The notes beneath the pieces are model-generated. The model was not told where the DNA came from and searched no databases. It was given only the letters and a program-made list of their open reading frames with translations. This document shows positions 12,361 through 28,539 of a stretch of 64,000 bases of DNA, piece after piece. The first letter of the stretch is position 1, and each line of letters starts with the position of its first letter. Both the position numbers and the translations under genes were made by a program. This DNA comes from Neocallimastix sp. 'constans' (Eukaryota). The stretch is from the NCBI GenBank assembly GCA_050613775.1, contig JBODTK010000152.1:186001-250000 (forward strand). Direction: 5' to 3'.

Positions 12361-12714
12361 CAATAATAATATTATTATTTTTATATATTTTATATATGAA
12401 AAAAAAAAAAAAATAATATTTACATAAAATTTATATATATAACTTTTATAATAAAAATATACATATAAATTCTGAATAAAATAAAAAAATATACGAATTT
12501 TAATCCCTTAAAAACATATATACTCTAATGTATTTAGTAATTATTTTTGCCAGAATATTATTTATGATATATAATAAACTGTTGTATAAAAAATAACCGA
12601 AAATAAAAAGTGCTAGTATTTATTTAAATTAGATTTAATATATCTTCATTACTTTTTTGTACCAAATTAATTAAATAAAAATATATGAATAAATATATTA
12701 TTTAATTTATTTGA

Positions 12715-12770
<56 letters not shown>

Positions 12771-12851
12771 ATCAAAGTAATATTTTTATAAAATTTATTT
12801 ATACTTTTTTTCTAAATCCATTTATTTTTTAATTACATTACTTAATTTAAT

Positions 12852-15299
12852 ATGGGAAAAAAGAAGAAGAGACCTCAAATCAAACCATGGTGTTGGTAAA
12901 AATCTATTGAATTCAAATTAATAAGTGTTATATTCTTTTAAAAAAGATCTCTATATTAAAAAAAAAAAAAAAAAAGATAAATCAATTAAATAAATAAATA
13001 ATAATGAAGATTAATAATATATTAAATGAATATTGTTTGTTAAATTGATTCACATCAATACTTGGGAAAGTATTTATATATAATAAATATTGATACTTTA
13101 TTAAAAATATAAATCATAATAAAAAAGAAAAATAAAAATAAAAATAAAAAAAAAAATAAATAAATAATATAAATATTTTATCCATTTTAACTATTTATAC
13201 AATTCAAATAATAATTAATAATTAAAAAATATGTTTTTTATTTTTGATATAATCGACAATATTAATATTTAATTTTTTTATATACTATTATTATTATTTA
13301 TTATTATTCAAATTTAATAATTAATAATATTATTTATAAATAGAATAATGGAGTAATAAAATAAATAATTAATTTAATATTCAAATCTATTAATTTATGT
13401 CAATTAAATAAGAATTATCTATTAGTTATAACATTTCATTATTTTTATATATTATTAATTTTAATTATATATTATGAATTTTATTTTTTATTATATTTAT
13501 ATATTTATAATGTTATATTAAAAACTCGTAACATAATTAAATTAAGGTATTGTAATCGGGACTTTGAAGATGAAAATGTTCTTATTCAACATCAAAAAGC
13601 AAAACACTTTAAATGTGTTACTTGTCATAAAAAATTAAGTTCTACGAGAGGTATGGTTATTCACGCATCTCAAGTACATAATGAGGAAGTGACGAAGTAA
13701 GAAATTTATATGTATAAAATAAATAGAAAAAAATTTTTTTATTGATTGAATATTATTTCAAAATTAGAAAAGTATATTAAATATATATATATAAATATAA
13801 ATATTATTAAATAAATTTAATATAAAATAATTAATTTATTAAAATCAAATATAAGAGTGCCAAATGCATTACCTGGTCGTGATTCCACAGATATAGATGT
13901 TTATGGAATGTATGGTATTCCACCGGAAGATTATAAAGCACATGTTGATAAAATTTCAGGAGCAGGACCTTCCAAGAAAAGACTTTTAAATTCAGAACAA
14001 CAATCACAAGAAACAGGACAAAATCTTAATAATTCAACTGGAATATTAACACCTGGTCAAACATCAAATTCATCAATTATACCTCCAGGAAGACCACCAG
14101 CTCCGACACCTCTATATTCAACTGTTTCACTTGTTAATTCAATGAATACAATGGCACCAAGACCTAATAGTGTATACCAAGCACCACCTGTTATGCCTCC
14201 AAGGTATCCAATGGTACCTAATTTATATAGACCACCTGTAGCTCCTTATTACAGGCCACAAATGGGTTATCAAAATGGAAGTATACCACCACGGCCAAAG
14301 TAATATATATATTATATATTAATAAAAATATTAAATTAATAATAAATAAAATTATATATATATTCATATAATCTTATTAATTTTTATTATTAATAATTTT
14401 TTTTTTTTTTTTTAATTTTAATTTTAATAATAACAATAATAAAAATAATAATATAATCAGCATAAATCCATATATACCAAATTGGCAGAAAGGAAATACA
14501 ATGAATATGACAGCACCACCCACTCTACCAGTTTATCCAGGAGCACCGTCTGCAACTGGAGCTCCTGGAATAGGTAGTGTAAGACCACCACCACCTATAG
14601 GAGGTATACCACCCCTAAATTCATCATTAAATACCAACGCAAATCCAGGTATTCCTGGATATAGTGCACCCAAACCTTCAGCACTAAATACTAATAATTC
14701 TTCCATTTCAATAATTGGAAATATACCACCTTCCTTACCACCTTCCAATTTGGCATCAGTAACAAAAACATCATCAACAACAGCGATGAAGACAAATATT
14801 GTTTCAGGATCAAAACCAATAGAATCAGCACTATCAACATCATCAACAAAATCAAATGAAAATAATAAAATTGAAGCATTTTCTTCAAATAAAGAAACAT
14901 CTGTTACAACGACATCATCCATAAAAGATAATTCAAATAATAATGATAATAATAAATCGAAAGATACAGAAACTGCAATAAATGCAAATAATACTACAAA
15001 TCCTACTAATGATTCTTTATCAGTAAATAATGGAACTAATGCAACTGTACAAGTTATATTTTCAAATAAAATTAGTGAATTTATATTGGTTTATTCAGAT
15101 AACGAGGTATCGGTGGTAAGTTTCATATATTATAGTATATATTTAATAACTATAAAAATTATATATATATATTTATATATGTGTGCATATAATTAAATAT
15201 TTATTAAATAATTTCTATATAATTATTATTATTTATATAAAAATGTAGGAAGAAAAAAGAGCTAATCATATAAAATATAGATATAATCCAAAAGTATAA
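12852..15299 (+). CDS. ZNF207: BUB3-interacting zinc finger protein BuGZ/ZNF207 homolog; exons 12852-12895, 13547-13696, 13856-14299, 14461-15115, 15249-15299
   Basis: Spliced translation [45 protein letters not shown]...HASQVH...[10 protein letters not shown], a Pro-rich middle, and C-terminal [14 protein letters not shown]. All GT-AG introns are in phase. Confidence 0.92.
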
Positions 15300-15465
15300 C
15301 AGTATATATATATATATTAGTAATAAATTTTCAATAATATATAAATAAATAAAATAAAAATAAAATGAAATGAAATAATATATAAGAGAATATTTCATTT
15401 AATTATCTTTTTTAATAATTAATTATTATCATTTCTTTTTTGTTATTTCTATTTTTCTGTTCTTC

Positions 15466-15535
<70 letters not shown>

Positions 15536-16382
15536 ATTTGTTTTACTTTTATTAATTTAGTTATTTTTTAATATATTTAATTTTAATTATATATATATAT
15601 TATTTTTATTTTTATTTTTATAAATTTTATTTTTTTCTTTTCATCAATAAAACATTTGTAATTACTGTGAATATTTTTTTTCTATTTTATATTTTTATAT
15701 ATTAATATTTTATAATTATATACTTGTTTTATTATATATATATATTTATTACATTTTTTTTTTTTTATTTATTATTAATAGTCATAATTGATACGTATAA
15801 TAATAAATATTTAAATAAATTTAAGTTATATTATGATAATATAAAAAGTTTTTTTTATGAATTTATGTTTGAAATTATATGGAAATAGATAAATAAAAAA
15901 AAAAAAAAAAAAAAATTTCGGATATAGATTAATATATATATATTATATATAAAAGTTTTTGTTTCTTACTAATTATTTTTAAATTGTTTATTTATTAATT
16001 TATCTATAATTTGACAATCATAGCCATAATAAAATTTATCTATAAATGATATAAAAAAATAAAAGTTTAATATAAACTAAATAAAATATATTTAAAAAAT
16101 ACCAATTGTATTGAAGATTTTTAATATTAAAAGATTTCAACATAATTTTATAGCACAATTGATAATTAAAAAAAATTTTATTTTATAATATTAAATATAC
16201 AGATAATGACAATATTCATTTACTTATTAAATACTATTAATATATTAATTTAAACATGAAAATTGTATGATAAATTTTTTCTAATAAATTAACATTTTTA
16301 ATTAAAGCATATAACTTTTATCAAAATAATAATAATAAAAAAAATAAAATTATTAATTTTTAATTAGTATTTTTTTTTAGAT

Positions 16383-16434
<52 letters not shown>

Positions 16435-16829
16435 AAAAAAAAATAATCATTTTATATATTTTTTTTTATAATTATTCTATTAATTTTTTTATAATTTTAA
16501 TTATAAACTTTATGAAAATTTTTTATTATTTGCTAATAAAATTATTCACTCTCGTTTACTGTTTTTATTCTTGAGGAATGTATTAAATATAAAACTTTTG
16601 ATGAAATTTCTTTATATTATTATTATTATTATTTATTATTATTATAATTTTTCTTTTAATTTTTTTTTTTTTTTTTTTTTATTGTTACTTTTGTTGCTAC
16701 AATACTAATCTATTCACATTAAATATTATTTATCCTTTAAATAATATAAAACAATAAATAGTAGTACTTTTATTTTTATATTATATTAATTTATTTAATT
16801 TTAATTATTTAAGTATTTATTTTTTTTCT

Positions 16830-16874
<45 letters not shown>

Positions 16875-17112
16875 ATTTGTGTTTGCTCTTTTTTTTTTTT
16901 TTTTTTTTAAATAAAAAATTTATATTATTTGTTTTTTAATTAATTATTTAATTTTATATATATAAGATATTTTATAAAAATTGATTCAGGTATTTCATTT
17001 AATTCTATAAAAAAAAATAATAATAATAATAATTAATATAAATTTTATATAAATTTATAAAAAAAATTTAAATTATCTATATGCATATTATACTAAAACT
17101 AACTAGTACTTA

Positions 17113-18863
17113 CTACCAGGCGTGGAGCATGTACTTTTGTGTAGCACATAAAGCTTGGTATCTTACATCAGGATCTTCATGAGTCATTAATTCCATGATA
17201 TGTTGTTTAGCACCAATATCTTGAACAACTTTCTTACCTTCTGGATGATATTTTACATATTGACCTAAATCGTTACAAGCAACAGCAAGAATAACTGGGT
17301 CAGTGGAAGTACTGAATAATCTAGTTAAAACTTTGAGTAATTCATAGTTATTTTCATTTAATTTTTCAGCATTATTCTTCCAGAATTGTTCTGATTTATG
17401 TGGTGGAGACCATTCGAGCTTACCAGAGAAGACTTCAGTAGAGTATTCATCAAAAGTACTTAACTTTTGAATATTCTTACCAAGTTCTTCCTTTAAGTAA
17501 GTTAAGTCATCGGTAATTTCGGTGTCAGACCATTTACGACCTAATAAAGTTTCACAGAATGGAAGCATTTTATTACCTAACATTGGAATCATGTTAGCAC
17601 CTGGTGCTTTTTCTAACATATTTCTGAATGTTTGAAGAACAACACGAACAATCTTTTCCTTAATAGCACTCTTGGCAATATCAATAAGAACTGGAATAAT
17701 ATTATGAGTTTTGTTAATCACTTGACAAATACTTTCTTCAAATGTAAGTAACCAGATACTGAAAATAAGTTGATATTGTAATTGAGAGTTTGGATTTTTC
17801 TTAACTAAAACATTAACAATTCTATTTTTAAATATTAAAATATATATTAATAAGTTTATTTTAAATTAAATATATTAAATAACTTTACTAATATATTGAA
17901 TAAATTCATTTTATTACTATTTGACACTTACTTTGAAACACCATCACAGTTATTATAGAATTCCTTTCTTAAAGGAATAGCGGTTAAATAACTTTGAATG
18001 TATTGTGAAGCCAAGTCAACAACATCCATGTTACTAGAATCCAAAAGGTTAGTAACCCATTGGAAAACGGGGGTGTAATCAATATCAGTCACATGATAAA
18101 CATTACTAAGTTTTGAAGCAATGATACGACCAGCAAGTAATTGAATTGTTTCATTGTCCTTAGATAATAATCTTTATAATAAAAATTAAATTTTGATAGT
18201 TAAATTTGTAATTATTAAATTATTAGTTAAAATATAATACCATTTATACTTACTTGATGAGAATGTTTAAGTATTTTTCATTGAAATTTTCAAGTAATGA
18301 AACATTTTTGTCTTTATAAAAACAAAAATGTAAGTAAAATATTTAATAAATTGATATACTATATAAATAATAAATAATATTATTTACTTACAAGTAGCTT
18401 CATCAACTAAAGCTAAAGTTTTTTGAAGAGTTTCATCTGTAGTAACATTTTCAGCAACAGCCATTAATGCATCAATGTACTTTATTATTTTTATTTAAAA
18501 ATTATCATTTTTTTTTTTTTTTTTTATAAACATTAACATATTAAAGAATATATATAAATATAAATTTAATAATTATCTTTTTTTGCATACTTCTGGAGTT
18601 GAATCACCTTTAGTGATGATAGAAGCTTGTTCAGGAGTAATGATATTGGCAGATGAAATGGACTTTTAAATAATTAAAAAAGAAATTTCATTTAAAATTC
18701 ATATTCTCATATTACAGTAATTTATTTAGTTATTAAATCATAAATTACAATTTTATTGACTTACATCCCAAGAAATTTGGTTTTGAAGTAATTTTTCAAC
18801 CTTTTCGGTTAAATAGAGATTGTGGGAAGAAATAACTTTGGAATCAATGATTTGTTCTGACAT
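17113..18863 (-). CDS. VMA13: V-type proton ATPase subunit H (about six exons; last exon 17821-17113)
   Basis: Motifs KEKIVRVV, LSTFDEY..EV.SGKLEWSPPHKSEQFWKNNA, LAVACNDLGQYVK, MELMTHEDPDVRYQAL. Upstream exons start MSEQIIDSK at 18863. Confidence 0.93.
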
Positions 18864-19078
18864 TTTTCTATTAATTTGTTTATTTAATAAATTTAAAAGT
18901 ATACCGAATTAATACTTGTTATATATTCTGTGTTTTAAAATATAATAATGGAAAAAAAATATTATATATTATAAAAATATTATTTCTTTATTTTTGTCCT
19001 TTTAAATCAGTTATATAAATTTCGATATTTATATTTATTAAAATTTCCTTTTTCTTTCTTTATTTTCTTTAATTCCTT

Positions 19079-19136
<58 letters not shown>

Positions 19137-22067
19137 GTTTTGTAAATTTAAATTTATAATATATATTTTCGTCTTTGGATAAATATTTTAAAGATCTGAG
19201 TAAAATGTATATATATATATATTTATTTATATTTATATTTATAATTATCGTTTGATTTATTTCACTTTTTTGTTCATTCTTACTAATTCTTTCTCGGATA
19301 ATCTTTGAATACTTCTCGATTTAATTTTATTCAAGGTATTTTTAAAAAAGTTTATTATTTTCTAAGCGTATAAATGTTTTTGTTCTTATTTTTTTTTTTT
19401 ATAACATATTATTTAATTTATTTAATTTTGTTTGGTTGCTTATTTATTAAACCGATTTAAATAACCCTTATAATGCTTATTGATTTATTTACATAAAATA
19501 CTATTCAATAATTATTTATAATTATTATTATTGCTCCTTACTTTAATTTTAAAATATTTTTTCCTTAGAGAAAAACTTTTTAAATGAAAAAAAAAAAAAA
19601 AAAAAATAAAAATAAAACTAAAAATAAAAAATAAATAAAAAAAAATATAGAAAAATAAAATAAATTTATTAATAATAATTGTTAATTAATTATTTACTTA
19701 ATTAATTATTTATTTATTTATCATATTTATTTATTTATTTATACATTTATTAATTCATGATTTAATAACATCCATTCCAATATTTGAATAAATTTATATT
19801 ATTTATTCAGTGTTATTCAAAATATGGAAAAATTGATTTAATTAAAATTTTATATTAAATCTATATATTACTTTATACTATAAATAAAGATGATAAATAT
19901 TTTGTTTTTAAAAAGTTTATTAGTATCTAAACATATTAAACTATATTAAATAAATTATACATATAATTTGAAGTATTTAATTTAAAAATCAATTTTTATA
20001 TTACATTAAGTAATATATGGATAATATATTATTAATTGAAGGTACTATTCATCTATATCAAATAGATTTAGGGCTAATTACATTGACATATAAAAAATCG
20101 ATTTACGATTGGTTAATATTAACCTGATTACAAAATCTTTTCTCTTTTCATTTATTAATTTATGTTTAAACAGCTATTATACAATTAAAAAAAAAATAAA
20201 ATATATATTGGAAATGTATATTTAATAAAAATAGGTTAGTTCATCCACAAGAAAAAAAAAAAAAAAAAAAAAGGCATATATATGATATAAAATAAATTAT
20301 TTTATTAAAATTAATTATTAAATTCACAAAAAAAAATTCCACTTAATCAGCATTAAAATTACGAATTAAACATAAAAAAAATAATAAAATAAAATTTTCC
20401 TAAAAAATTTTTATTCAACAGATAAAAATAATAATATTATTAAATATTCAAAAAAAATTTTTATTTATTTTATACATAATTATTCTAAACATATTTTAAA
20501 AAGGAAATATACTAGTAACTATAAAATAAAAATTAATACATTAATATGAAAATGTTATTTCAATAATGATTTAAAACTTTAATTTTATATAAATAAATAA
20601 TTTATTTCAACTACTCAATAATACAATATTTTTTATAAAAATTTTTATAAAATATTAATATTTATATTTAATAGATAATCATTATTGTATATAAACTAAA
20701 TTTTATAAATGATTAAAGACATTTTTTAATTTTACAAACAAATAATATATAGAAACATATATTTCAATAAATTCAATATATATTACCAATCATTTTTAAG
20801 AAATAAATAATATATATGCTTTATTAATTATTATGTCATAATTCCAATCAGTCCAATTAATTTTTAGTATTAAATAATAAATTATATTCTGAAAAATATA
20901 TTAGTTTAAAATAGCATAGAATTAATGTACGATTTACATATATATCATTTAATACATATATATGTATTTCATGATAAAATACTTAAAATAGAGCTTGAAA
21001 ATAATGAAATTAACAAAATAATTTATTTTATAGGTATCTTTCAAAACTAAAATTTATTTATATTTACTTTATGTTTATAATAAATTTTATAATATTTTAT
21101 TATAACTTTTCTTGAAAAATGCAAATACTATTACTTATTTTTTTTCTTAATTTTTTAGTTTTACTTCTATACTTATCATTATAACTAGCAACGTTTAATT
21201 ATATTTCATGTATTATTATTATTAATTTTAGTTGTTATACTATTAACTATTAATACTTAAAATTTTTAATGAATATTATTAAAATTAAAATTAATTATAT
21301 TATGTCCTTTGATAGTTGATAAACTTTACTCATTTTAATGATATGCCATAAAATCCATTATATAATTGGGAAAATTTTGATGGTTGATAAATCTTATTCA
21401 TTGTCATTTTAATGATATTTTATAAAATCCATTTTATAAATGTGAAAATTTTATCTTTTTAATATTATTAAATTTTTATTAATTATTTTGAAAATAATCA
21501 AAATTATTATTATTATTGCTATTATTATTGTTATCATTGTATTGATTTATTAAAAAAAATGTTATAAGAATATTAATATTATCATTCCTAATTTAATATT
21601 TTATTATTAATACAATTAACTTTTTTATTTCATTTTTTATATATATATATATATATTTTTTTTTTTCATTTTTATTTGAAATTCTCATATTTAATAAATA
21701 AAAAATATACATATTTACATAGTTTTAAAACCATTAAAAAAAAAAATTAAAAATAAAATGAAATTAAATTTAAACTTATACTTTAAAAATACTTATTTTA
21801 ATTATGATTTTTTTAAATTCAAATTCTACTCCAACCAATCATTATTAAAGAAGTTAATTATAATTATTTTTTAAATATAATTTAGAATCAAAAATATAAT
21901 ATATAATCATAATTATTACAATAAAAAAAAATAAAAGAAAAAGAAATTTCAATACTAAATTTTGTTGTAAAATAATAAATTGAAGAAATTTAGTCTTATT
22001 AATTTCTTATTCTATTTATATTATTAATATAATTCCATTAAAATATAAAAATTAATAATAAGTAATA

Positions 22068-23021
22068 ATGTACATACAAATTGATTCTGTAATTCCAAAT
22101 CAAAATGGAAAATCAATTTTAATAGCAGATACTGTATTTGCAGATGCATCTTTTTTAATAAATCATTATCTTAGTAAATCAATAAAAGATAAAGAAGGAA
22201 ATGTCATATTGATATCTTTTTTTAATAATTTTACCCAATATGAATCTATCCAGAAAAAAATGGGGAATAATTTAAAATTATATAAAGATTCCGAAAAATT
22301 GAATTTCATTGATGGAAGTATAATTTCCCAAACTGAAAATGTCACCTTAAATAATATATATAATAAAATTGAAGAATTATTAAATGAAACATCATTTACA
22401 TCAACAACTATAATATTAGATGACATTACTCATTTATTATATATTGAATATCCAATAAATGAAATTCTAAATTTTGAATATAAATGTCGTAATCTTTGTA
22501 ACAAAGTATGTAAATTAAAGATATTTTTTATTAAAATTGTAAAAATTATTAATATACATATATTAAAATGTGATTATAACAAAATTAAAAAATATATATA
22601 ATTATATTTTTTTACTAGTATAATTGTAATTTCATTGTAAAAATACATAAAGACATTGGTGATGATAAAGATAGTGATCCTATCTCAATAAATCATAATT
22701 ATTTACTTAATTATCTAATTAATAATTATGAATATATAATTGAAACAAACGAATTAGAAAGTGGATTTACAGATGATATACAAGGACAAGTAAAATTAAT
22801 AATTTTTTTTTTTTTCATAAGAATTATATATATATTATATTTTACACTTTTATTCATGATATTAACAATTTACTATTATTAATAAAATATAGTTATCATT
22901 TGCTAGAGGTGTTTCCTGTACAAATTATGATTTTAATCCAAGGTTATATCATTATAAAATAAATGAAAATCCTTCCTTTTCTAAATTCTATGCTAAAGGT
23001 TTAATTGAAGGAACTGTTTAA
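22068..23021 (+). CDS. ELP6: Elongator complex subunit 6; exons 22068-22505, 22619-22789, 22893-23021
   Basis: DASFLINHYL, VILISFFNNFTQYESIQKKMG, IILDD, LESGFTDDIQGQL and YHYKI..KFYAKG follow the ELP6 RecA-like pattern; introns in phase. Confidence 0.8.
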
Positions 23022-24023
23022 TTAGAATATCAAATAGAATTGAAAATTTTTATATATTTTTGATTATATTACAAAATTAAATAGAAAAATTTAAGAAAAA
23101 ATAAAATAAAGTTAAAAAGAAACTATTAATATCAAATTCATGTTTAATTAATTTAAATTAAATAATTTATATTTATTATTTTATTTATTATAATAATTAC
23201 TAGAAAAAAAAAAAAAAAATAGATGGTATTAATTCTAATATTAATATAATTTCTTTAGGAAAAAAATTAATCATTGTGAAGAATTTCAAATATTATCGTC
23301 TATTTTATTATGACTGAAATATATTGTTATTATTTTATTAGAATTATTTAAAAAAAGAATATATATATATATATGTATATTATATTCTATGAAAATGAAT
23401 AATGTTTTCTATATATAAATATTATAATTAGTGATATTAGTAATATTATTTATAAATTTTGATATGAATAATGAATCTGAATTTCATAATAAAAAATTAT
23501 TATAATACTTATTATTAACTAATTAATATAATTCAATAACTCTTTGTATATAATTAATACATTAAATTTGCAACTAATATTTATTATTCTAAAATTAAAG
23601 GATTATATTGCATAATAGACTAAACATTTCAAATTCTTAAAAATTTTAATAATAATAACTGTTATTATTACTATAAGAATAATTATATGGTGTCAATTGA
23701 TCCTCAAAACGCTAACGAATTTGAATTGTCATGAATGAAATAGGGATTTTTATAATTTTCATTTATTAGCATTCATCAATATTACAGGTTTCTTTAAATA
23801 ATAACCTTTAATTAATAATGTATTTATAAAAAAAAAAAAAAAAAAAAAATTTCTTTTTTAAAATATTTATTTACTTAACTTGTTTTAATGATTGTTTATT
23901 ATTATAATTCCAGTATTAATAGTGTTAATACAAAAAATCAATAATTATCATAAAAATAATTCTTTCAAAAGTCAAAAAAAAAAATAATAATAATAATAAT
24001 AATAATAATTAATTAATTAATTA

Positions 24024-24077
<54 letters not shown>

Positions 24078-24128
24078 TTATGTATATTAATAAATAACAA
24101 AATATTATTGTATTAAATAATAAACCAT

Positions 24129-24219
<91 letters not shown>

Positions 24220-24526
24220 TTTCTATTTCTATTATAACATTGATAGAAATAAATTTATTCAATTTCATATAAAATTTGATACTAGTGTTTTGTATTAAAA
24301 TTTTTTGATTTAATATTAATTAAAATTTTGTTTATTTTTATTTATTTATAAAACTTTTTCTTATCATATCTTTTTTTTTAAAAAATATATATATATATAT
24401 AAAATATATATTTTAATATTAAAGCCGAAATATAAATTCAAAAACAATAAATATTTTATATTACATTAATAAAAAAAAAAATTAGACATAAAATGATAAA
24501 TGATGTTAAAATTTTATCTATTTTAC

Positions 24527-24566
<40 letters not shown>

Positions 24567-24629
24567 ATAAAAAGAATATTTTTAATATTTTATCATTATT
24601 GTTGTTGCTATTAATAAATTGAAATAAAT

Positions 24630-25605
24630 TCAATAAATATTTAAGCAACTAGCTTCATTTTCATCATCATTTAAATCACTTTCTCTTATTGTAGCTTTAC
24701 CATGTTTTATCATCCATTCAATTTGTTCTTTTGGAAGACTTAAACGTTGAACTTCCTCTTCATTACATAATTCATTAAGAGTTTTATTAAAATCTTTTAT
24801 TTTCTCTTCAAGAGCCTCTTGAGTAATTAATAAAGTTTTTTCAACAATTTTCTCATAATCTGGATTTTCATCCATAACTTTTTGCATAGGATTTAATTCT
24901 TTATCAATAACAATATTCCAATATTCTGTTTTTTTACTGATCTTATTAACTTTAAGTAATTTGTAAGCTTTAACAAAGCAAATAATATAAATTAAACGAT
25001 AAAGATCGGGAATATCATGTTTTAATTTATATATTCTATTCATAACAAAATTATTAATTTCTTTAAATATATTTGCCATATCGATCCATGACATATAATC
25101 ATTCTTTCTAAGATCACAATATTTCTGATGAATCTGTAAAGATTTAGAATATTGTTTTAAAAGATTATAACATTTCGCTGAAAATGTAAATAACCCTGGT
25201 TCTTTTGGATCCTAGTATATTTCAAAATAACATTATATATATAAACATATATTATTATATTATTATATATTATCATTATTTTTTATTTTAAAACGATTTA
25301 TTATTACAATATAAACGAATTTCATATATAAATTTTTGTTTAAAATAAATATTAAAATAATTATACATATATTAGTATTTAATAATTGTGAAGATTTTTA
25401 AAATTAAATTTAAAATTATGAAATTTTAAAAATATAAAATGTTGAAATTTTTAAAAATCAAATAAAATTAATTATTACCAATTTTTCAACATATGGTTCA
25501 ATTTCAATAATACGATCCATCTATTATAAATTTTATATATATATATTGTTAAATTGTAAATGTAATATTAATTTATATGTATATGTATATATTTAAATGA
25601 AAATT

Positions 25606-25659
<54 letters not shown>

Positions 25660-26291
25660 ATATATATATATATTACTTGTATTAAACATCTAATTGCAAT
25701 TTCTAAAATTTCACGTTCATTAATTAATTTTCCTTTACTTTGATTACATTCTAAATATTTATCACAGCAATCTTTTATATATTGGTATGAAATTTCATTA
25801 TATAATTCTATATTTTGACTTTGGTCTTTAGTTAAAGTGTTATTCTCTTTCATTTTCATTACTAAATAGTACCATTCAATTGCTTGTTTAACAACATTTG
25901 GACCATTTTTTGAACCGAAAAATACATTTGATATATTTTCTTTTGGTACATTATATCCCTTTAATAATTTATTTATAATTTATTTTATAATATTTATTAT
26001 ATGTATATATCAATTATATTTAATTTATATTTTAATACAAAAAATATTAATAATTATTTATTCTTAAATTTACATTTATCTAATATTATAATTTTATTCA
26101 ATTTATTATTAATAGCATACTCCTGTTAAAAATTGTGGTCTATAAGTAGCAATAGAATTCTCTTTTTTCATTCTTTCCATAGCTCTTTCTTCTTTACTAA
26201 TAGATTGACCAAAAAAATCATCGTCATCATCAATATCTGCTGCAAAATGAAAAATTCCATGAAATTCTTCAGCTTCAATATCCATATCCAT
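24630..26291 (-). CDS. Hypothetical helical/TPR-like protein; exons 26291-26121, 25958-25677, 25520-25479, 25211-24630
   Basis: Three phase-0 GT-AG introns join the ORFs. TPR-like segments EILEIAIRCLIQ and AKCYNLLKQYSKSLQIHQKYCDLRKNDYMSWIDMANIF. Confidence 0.7.
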
Positions 26292-26736
26292 TTTTAAATA
26301 TAAATTATTTATTTTATTTGTTTTAATTCTATATTATGTATTTTTTGAAATAATATATAAATATTGATATATATATTATTATAAATAAGAAATTTCAATT
26401 TACAATTTAAATTTCAGTAATTCTTTCAGAGTTTTAAACTAATAAACTTTTAATAAAAAAAAAAAAAAATAATAATAATAATGAAAAAAAAGGTAATAAA
26501 AATAAACAATTTAAGATTTTTAATCATAATATAAAGCCATAAATGATAAAAATTATTACATATTTAGTATTATTTATATTAAGAAATAAAGCTAAAAGCC
26601 ACAATTTAATTAAAATATTTAATTAAAAATGTCACCCAAGAACTAATGAAAAAATTGTCTAATATATGGTTATTTAATTCTTTAATTACTTAATGAAAGT
26701 ATAAAGTTATTATAATTTTCTCTTTTTCTTTTATTC

Positions 26737-27107
<371 letters not shown>

Positions 27108-27786
27108 TCAATTTAATATCTATATTTTTAATAATATTTATTTGTTAATTCTTTGATATGAATAGAAATAGTATAGATATTAATTCATGAAATAATTTTT
27201 TTTTTTTTCAAAATATATATATTTGTAAAATCTCTTTTTTATAATTGTTTAATGTTGATTCTTTTAATGAAATATATATATATATATCCTATATGATTAA
27301 AAATTGATAATAATACTAAAATATATATATATATAATATAAATTTAATGGCTTTAATTAATTAAATATACAAATTAATAAATTATTTATTTATTTGTTTA
27401 TTTATAATTTATTAAATAATAGTAAATTTTAGTACTTTTCTTTATATTATAAAAAATATTTCAAAGATTACAATCTTAACATTTCTATTTAATTTTTATT
27501 ATTAATTATGTAACTATTTTCACAATTTAACACTTAAGGATTATTATTTTCAGTATATGGAGTATTAATTTTTCTATTATCACTTAATTTTTAAATTAGA
27601 AAGTAAAAAACTATTAAATTTTATCTGAATAATATAATTATTATTTTGAATTTAATTAATTTAATAATTTAATAATATTAGACTCATTTCCATAATTATC
27701 ATTTTTGAAAATGTATTATTTAGAATTATATTCTTTTTACTAAAAATTTTTAAACTTTACTATGTATGTATAAAATAAAAGGTTTA

Positions 27787-27855
<69 letters not shown>

Positions 27856-28539
27856 TAATAATAATGATAGTAATTAATTAAAATAATTGATGTTATAAAT
27901 GTATATAATTTAATGTAATACCATAAATAATTTTGGCTACTTTAATAGAACAGAAATATTAGATAAAAAAAAAAAAAATATTTAAAATTTTGTTAAGAAA
28001 AATTATTATTAATAAACATAGTATTAATAAAACATTATTAATTTTAAAAAATAGTAATAAATATAAATTGTTATATTTCATTTAATCATTTTGTGTATTA
28101 CAATTATTCTTATTTTAAATCTATTATATTGTTATAAACAATATAATAGATTTAAAATAAGGTATGTAATAAGGAATTATAAAATACCTTAAATAAAGAA
28201 TGAAACTAAATAAAACTATATGTAGATATTTTAAATTTTTTTATTTGTTATGAGGGAATAAAAATTTTAAGTAACGTCAATGAATTATATGATTTATTAA
28301 AATATTTAATTAATGTAACATATTTTAATGAGGAAAACATAAAATATTTAATTTAATGGGAACCAGATTCCAAGATATATAATATACCTATCAATAATAA
28401 TAGATTATCTAAAGCATCCTAAATAAAGTGTGGTAATATAGATTTGTATTTGTGACTTTAGAAATGTTGTATATAATAAATATAATGAAATATTAAAAAA
28501 TGAAAAAAAAAACCTTTAAATTTCGTTATTAACAGTGAA

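Noticed and set aside
14533..14922. Antisense ORFs over real genes (also 9737-10135, 22166-22426, 46375-46644, 48999-49349, 57153-57443)
   Set aside because: Shadows of coding sequence on the opposite strand.
23685..23795. GC-richer islet as a possible snoRNA or exon
   Set aside because: No complete C/D or H/ACA box set and no spliceable open frame was found.
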